A stretch of 64,000 nt of DNA from Candidatus Bathyarchaeia archaeon (lineage in GTDB: Bacteria > Patescibacteriota > Microgenomatia > PFEM01 > JAFGMK01), in NCBI GenBank assembly GCA_035529595.1, contig DATKWK010000035.1, forward strand, positions 317,904 to 381,903, in the 5' to 3' direction. Shown in pieces: positions 59,422-64,000 of this stretch (its first letter is position 1; the number at the start of each line of letters is the position of its first letter). The notes below the pieces were generated by a model. It ran no database searches. It was not told the origin of the DNA and saw only the letters and a list, made by a program, of their open reading frames with translations. The translations under genes were made by a program, and so were the position numbers.

Positions 59422-59514
59422 TTTTTCATCAGCTCCTGCCAGTTTTTAGAGCTAATGCCTTCCGTTAATTTTTGACGCTTTAAAGTTTATATCCTTTTTT
59501 TAATTGGATAATGA

Positions 59515-60021
59515 TTAGATTACTTTTTCAAAAATATAAGATTTGAGGTATTTACCTGGAGCAACTTCCCAGCTGGTCTCACCGGTAATTTGGTAAGCAT
59601 TCTTTTCCCAAAAGTGAAGCACACCTTCTTTAAGATAGGGATGCAGTTTGTTAACCGGACAATAAATTCTTTGGCCGCCAGAGCTATCTGCTAACTTGTC
59701 GATGGCTTTTAAAAGCATAGACCCGATTCCTTTGCTTCTAAATTTCTTGCTTATCGTAATCACTGAAAGATAGAATAACTTTCCTTTGTCAGAGTGGGTA
59801 CGACCGACATCATGAACATAAGGAGGAAACAGTCTTTTCTGATGCTGCTCGCAGAAAGCAACCCCAACGACTTTCTTACCTTGAACCGCGACAAAGGCAC
59901 CGTCGGGAAAAACATTAAGTTGGGACCTGATCATCGTTTGAGTTATCCCGCCTTTACCGAAAGCTTCTCGATCAATTTTTTCTATTTCAAAAGCATCCTT
60001 CTCAGTCGCCTGCCTAATCAT
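59515..60021 (-). CDS. GNAT acetyltransferase
   Basis: FRSKGIGS motif A. Confidence 0.85.
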   Translation of the reverse strand: MIRQATEKDAFEIEKIDREAFGKGGITQTMIRSQLNVFPDGAFVAVQGKKVVGVAFCEQHQKRLFPPYVHDVGRTHSDKGKLFYLSVITISKKFRSKGIGSMLLKAIDKLADSSGGQRIYCPVNKLHPYLKEGVLHFWEKNAYQITGETSWEVAPGKYLKSYIFEKVI

Positions 60022-60566
60022 TTTAATTTATTGATTATCTTAAGTAATTCCGGAAAGGTGGTGTAACCGGTATCGGTATTCAGATGACCACCACTCGCGA
60101 AAACCTGAGGTTTTACTCCCAGCCTATCGGCCAGAGATTTTAAGATTTCTTGGGGAACATAGGGATCGTTATCGCCGTAAGAAACAAACGCCTTTTTCAA
60201 ATTTCGGTTTATTTGATCAAAATCAATCTCTTTTTCTTTCAAAAAGTAACTGTTTAACTCTGCCCCGTAGTCTTGGCTGAAACCGGAAACGGAGATCAGG
60301 GCTTTTACCGGACAATTTAATTCTTCAATTACATCCAGGGCCGTAACCACCCCCAACGAATGGCCGATAATCACCAAATCTTTTAAATCAACACCCTTGA
60401 TTACCTTCCGGACGACTTTTGTCCATTTAGTCCGATCCGGGTGATCGGGATTGGGTAAACCAGGCATAATCACTTGGTAACCTTTTTCAATCAACCGATC
60501 ATACAACCATTGCTGCCAGTGAATACCGGCATAACCGCCGATACCGTGAAGAATCAAGATAGTCAT
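60018..60566 (-). CDS. YdeN/RBBP9 alpha/beta hydrolase
   Basis: ILHG, HW..W, GHSLG, DNDPY, GGH. Confidence 0.9.
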   Translation of the reverse strand: MTILILHGIGGYAGIHWQQWLYDRLIEKGYQVIMPGLPNPDHPDRTKWTKVVRKVIKGVDLKDLVIIGHSLGVVTALDVIEELNCPVKALISVSGFSQDYGAELNSYFLKEKEIDFDQINRNLKKAFVSYGDNDPYVPQEILKSLADRLGVKPQVFASGGHLNTDTGYTTFPELLKIINKLK

Positions 60567-60595
60567 GATGATATTTTACCAGAAATAACTACTTT

Positions 60596-61510
60596 TTATA
60601 AAAGCCTCTCCTGGGGATATTTTTGAAAAGCATAAGAATAAATCAGATAAAAAGCGGCCTTACCCTGGTACTTTCCAAACGGCTTAAGTAATTTTCTGAC
60701 TTCTTTTTCAGATACTCTTTCTTTTTTACCTAAATATTTAGTCACCGCTGCTCTTAATCCCATATCACCGGCCGGCAGCGCATCGTATCTGCCCATTCCC
60801 CGGCACATCATATATTCAACGGTCCAGGGACCGATGCCTTTAATCCTGGTCAGAACATCAAGAACTTTTTCAACCGGCCAATTTTTCATCGCTTCCAAAT
60901 CGATCTCACCGGCGGCAACTTTTCGAGAAACGTTAATGAGATAATCGGCTTTCCGGGAACTGAATTTTAATTGTCTGACTTCCTCGGACTGGGCTTTGGC
61001 TAATTGTTCCGGGGTCGGGAAAGCAAAGTAGTCTTTATGGTTTGTTTTTATTGAATTACCATATTTTTCAACCAGCCTTTTTCTTAAAGCGATCGCCACC
61101 GGTAAGGCAATCTGCTGTTCGGTAATGGCGATAATCAGAGCTTCAAAAACGGTCGCGGTTTTGGGAGCTCTCAACCCGTAAAGCTCGTCGATCAGCCGCT
61201 TAAAATTCTTTTTCCCGGATGCCAGCCAATAGAATTTTAAAACATCCTCATCTGCCCCGACTAGCCATTTCACTTTTTCTTTTATGAATCTTTCTTTGCC
61301 AACAGGAGGCGAAACTTTTACCGCCAGCTTTGGCAGTTTAACCGAACCGACGGAGGTAACTTCAATCAGGCAATATTTACCATCAACCGCTAACACCCGC
61401 CGGTAGGTTCCTTTTTCATACAAATCGACACACTGGACGGGAAACCTTGAATACAGGCTGGCCACCAGATCAAAATCAAAAGGGGATTTAGGTTTAATAA
61501 AAAACTTCAT
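60596..61510 (-). CDS. alkA: DNA-3-methyladenine glycosylase II
   Basis: FEAL..AI.EQQ, FPTP, KGIGPWT, PAGD. Confidence 0.9.
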   Translation of the reverse strand: MKFFIKPKSPFDFDLVASLYSRFPVQCVDLYEKGTYRRVLAVDGKYCLIEVTSVGSVKLPKLAVKVSPPVGKERFIKEKVKWLVGADEDVLKFYWLASGKKNFKRLIDELYGLRAPKTATVFEALIIAITEQQIALPVAIALRKRLVEKYGNSIKTNHKDYFAFPTPEQLAKAQSEEVRQLKFSSRKADYLINVSRKVAAGEIDLEAMKNWPVEKVLDVLTRIKGIGPWTVEYMMCRGMGRYDALPAGDMGLRAAVTKYLGKKERVSEKEVRKLLKPFGKYQGKAAFYLIYSYAFQKYPQERLL

Positions 61511-61533
61511 TTTGACGACTTAAACTGAGCGGT

Positions 61534-61947
61534 TTAGATTTCGTTAATAATTCTCAAGAAAAAATCTTTATCCTTTGGGTGCGTTAGTAATTTAGCCACT
61601 TTTTCCTTTTTCACCCATTTTACTTCTGGAGTTCGAGGATCGTTCGGCTTTAATTCAGTCTGATTAGTTCTGAAAAGAAACATAAAAATTGTTTTTAATT
61701 CCGTTTTATCTTCGCCCTTACCGCTAGGACCGATCTTGTAGCGTTGGTAATAGCCTAAATCTTTGACCAACTCCAATTTTGTGATTCCTGACTCCTCATA
61801 AACTTCTCTTTTTGCAGTTTCAAGCGGAGTTTCTTCCTCTTTAATATGCCCTTTTGGCAAGGACCAAGAATTACCGTCTTGGTTAACTGCCAGAACTAAA
61901 CCTTCACGATTAATAACCACTCCGCCAACGCTTTTTGATTGCTTCAT
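61534..61947 (-). CDS. NUDIX hydrolase
   Basis: LPKGH...E...TAKREVYEESG. Confidence 0.9.
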   Translation of the reverse strand: MKQSKSVGGVVINREGLVLAVNQDGNSWSLPKGHIKEEETPLETAKREVYEESGITKLELVKDLGYYQRYKIGPSGKGEDKTELKTIFMFLFRTNQTELKPNDPRTPEVKWVKKEKVAKLLTHPKDKDFFLRIINEI

Positions 61948-61998
61948 CTCAAGAATTTCGGATTTGCTTTTCTGACATTATAATTTCTTTCTTACCCC

Positions 61999-62376
61999 TC
62001 ATTTTCCCTCTTTCAAAATATGGTCCTCTAATACCCAACCAGGTTCGGAATAACACTCGATCCAAGTTTCGTGACCTTCAGCCCAGTGAACTTCGCCAGG
62101 ATTAATAGTTAATTCTTCGCCTGCTTTTAAAAGATAACCTTGGCCATCTTTGAAGATTTTCAGCTTTCCTTTAATGACCTTATACCTTTCGGTTGCCTTC
62201 CAGTGGACGTGAGGGAAACTTCTATCCAAAACGCTGACGGCTAAACTGTATTGCGGGTGATTTCCAGATGGATCAACTTCACAAAGAATTTCAGTTGGAT
62301 TCGTACCATTATTTTTAATAATTTTCTTTCCCGGATATCTTCTTTCTAATTTTTTTTGAATTTTAACTGGATTCAT
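61999..62376 (-). CDS. Cupin-domain protein
   Basis: PHVH...E.Y.V.KG; PGEVHWA. Confidence 0.85.
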   Translation of the reverse strand: MNPVKIQKKLERRYPGKKIIKNNGTNPTEILCEVDPSGNHPQYSLAVSVLDRSFPHVHWKATERYKVIKGKLKIFKDGQGYLLKAGEELTINPGEVHWAEGHETWIECYSEPGWVLEDHILKEGK

Positions 62377-62443
62377 AATTGAGACTAAGCCAGTCGATCA
62401 AGAACCTGATCTTATTATTACCAAAATATTTTAGTATTCCTGA

Positions 62444-63175
62444 TTATACTAATTGAGAAAGCAGCTTCAGCCGGCTATATCTGGTCATTCTGCCTTCAAA
62501 ACCCAAGTCTAAGTTGACGTTGATTCCTGACACAATCCCCAACCTCGCTCTGACTAAAACGATAAATTTGTCATTCGCAATGATCCGATACGGTTTTACT
62601 TTCCCCTGAAAAGTATCCGTTACCAGCTTTTCGATCTCATCTCCATTTAAGTAGGTGTCAATATCGATTTGAAAATGAGGCAGCCAGTAGTTTTTCCATT
62701 TATCTTGGATATTTTCATTAAAAATTAGCTCAACTAAAGGATCCGGCCAAAGATTTCTCTCGCCAATAAACAGCCAAGCAGAATTATCATTTGAACTCTC
62801 CTGGTATAAATGCCAGTTGGCGCTTTTGGCTTCTTTGATCAATCTTTCCCTTTCGGCTTTAACCGACTCAACCGGGTAACAAAATCCCAGGTGGTTTAAT
62901 CTTTGAAAAAGGTTATTTAAAGTCAAAATTTCAAAAAGTCTTTCTATTTGAGACTGGGAAACAAAATTATCCGCTAATGGGCTGGGCTTTTGATAAAAAC
63001 CGTTGGCGATAGAGATACCCGGTATTTGGATATCGGACGCAGAAATTTTTAATAAAACTCGGCCGTTAGACAAAGCCACATTGGCGCTTTTTTCGCCATT
63101 ATCAGTGAAAGTTATCCCTTCGGGAAGTAACCTCAAAATCTTAAATATTTTGTTGGTAAACTTGGGTTTAATCAT
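62444..63175 (-). CDS. Hypothetical protein (possibly VOC-like)
   Basis: LNHLGF, LVEL, PHFQID. Confidence 0.55.
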   Translation of the reverse strand: MIKPKFTNKIFKILRLLPEGITFTDNGEKSANVALSNGRVLLKISASDIQIPGISIANGFYQKPSPLADNFVSQSQIERLFEILTLNNLFQRLNHLGFCYPVESVKAERERLIKEAKSANWHLYQESSNDNSAWLFIGERNLWPDPLVELIFNENIQDKWKNYWLPHFQIDIDTYLNGDEIEKLVTDTFQGKVKPYRIIANDKFIVLVRARLGIVSGINVNLDLGFEGRMTRYSRLKLLSQLV

Positions 63176-63193
63176 AGACTCAGGATTTGTAAA

Positions 63194-63574
63194 TTATTTT
63201 ATTTCTTCGAATTTTTTTTCGTAGTAAGCGACCCAGTCATCATCGTCTTCTAAATCTACCGTCTCGATATAAATTTGTTGGTCAAAAGCGCCGGCTTCTT
63301 TGATTCTCTTTTTTTGAATCGCCAGTAGCTCTTTTTTGGAGATCTGAAGAATTTTTAACAGGCAATCAACGACTAATTGGATGTCAGCTAATTCATGCTT
63401 GGCATTTTCAAGATCATGAGGGTTGAGTTCATCGGCCTCTTCTTTTAGCTTTTTGGTTAATTCGTCCAAAAATTCGTCGTTTTCGATCCTTCTGGAAACG
63501 ACTTTTGATTTTCTTTTTAAAATATTTTCTTCAATCTTATCCCGAACCAATTTCCGGACTTTAAACCGTCTCAT
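63194..63574 (-). CDS. All-alpha NTP pyrophosphohydrolase (PRA-PH/MazG-like)
   Basis: KLVRDKI, KLKEEADE, ELADI. Confidence 0.85.
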   Translation of the reverse strand: MRRFKVRKLVRDKIEENILKRKSKVVSRRIENDEFLDELTKKLKEEADELNPHDLENAKHELADIQLVVDCLLKILQISKKELLAIQKKRIKEAGAFDQQIYIETVDLEDDDDWVAYYEKKFEEIK

Positions 63575-63618
63575 AAGGAAATGATATCATAATCAACATC
63601 GGTTTTTGGTGATGTTTT

Positions 63619-64000
63619 TTAGCCATTTAAAGAGGTAATCGTAATCTGTAAAACCGTGGCAAACGAAACCCAGAGCAGATAGGGGATGTTGATCAAAGCA
63701 ATCCAACGGATATGGGGCCAAATAGCACTCAGCACCCAGATAAGGGTAATCAGAACCAAAACAATATCGACGGCAGCCAGCAAATTATTCTTTAATCCAA
63801 ACTGCAACGGTGTAAAGGCAAAATTAAAAATCAGATTAAGGATAAAGGGAAGCAGAACGACAAAAGAAATCTTGCCCTTGAAAAAAAAATAACCTGCATA
63901 ACCAAAAGAAACGGCAATAACCACATATAACACCGTCCACACCGGCCCAAATAGCCAGTTCGGCGGCGCCCAGGAGGGTTTGACTAATTGCTGGTACCAG
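63619..64000 (-). CDS. TspO/MBR family protein, partial
   Basis: WYQQLVKPSWAPPNWLFGPVWT..., PYLLWVSFA; start lies beyond the window. Confidence 0.9.
   Translation of the reverse strand, partial: WYQQLVKPSWAPPNWLFGPVWTVLYVVIAVSFGYAGYFFFKGKISFVVLLPFILNLIFNFAFTPLQFGLKNNLLAAVDIVLVLITLIWVLSAIWPHIRWIALINIPYLLWVSFATVLQITITSLNG

Noticed and set aside
905-63892. Many 60-146 aa ORFs antisense to or nested in long genes
   Set aside because: Fully overlap well-supported CDSs and lack motifs

Overview
Low-GC bacterial DNA using the standard code (TGA, TAG and TAA all end genes). Gene content, -10 boxes 6-8 nt before start codons and the many short genes suggest a Patescibacteria/CPR, Microgenomates-like genome (inference). 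Bases 1-20 kb hold envelope and housekeeping genes: a signal peptidase I-CAP fusion, an ABC importer, an RRM protein, Lon, an L,D-transpeptidase, an acyl-CoA ligase-GNAT and two ATP-grasp ligases. Bases 20-64 kb are an accessory region of mostly minus-strand genes, gene stubs and pseudogenes, including a defence-like block (PHP-ATPase, DUF2075, RadC, MazG). The main unexplained structure is a family of about 20 intergenic 30-34 bp sites between about 25 and 58 kb. They are built from AAGGTGTC/GACACCTT arms around an 8-bp asymmetric spacer and come in two oppositely oriented types. They sit at gene boundaries, and one marks the breakpoint of a local duplication. This may be a gene-cassette or site-specific recombination array, or a MITE/REP family. 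No recombinase or intact transposase is encoded in the window. No tRNA, rRNA or CRISPR array was recognised.
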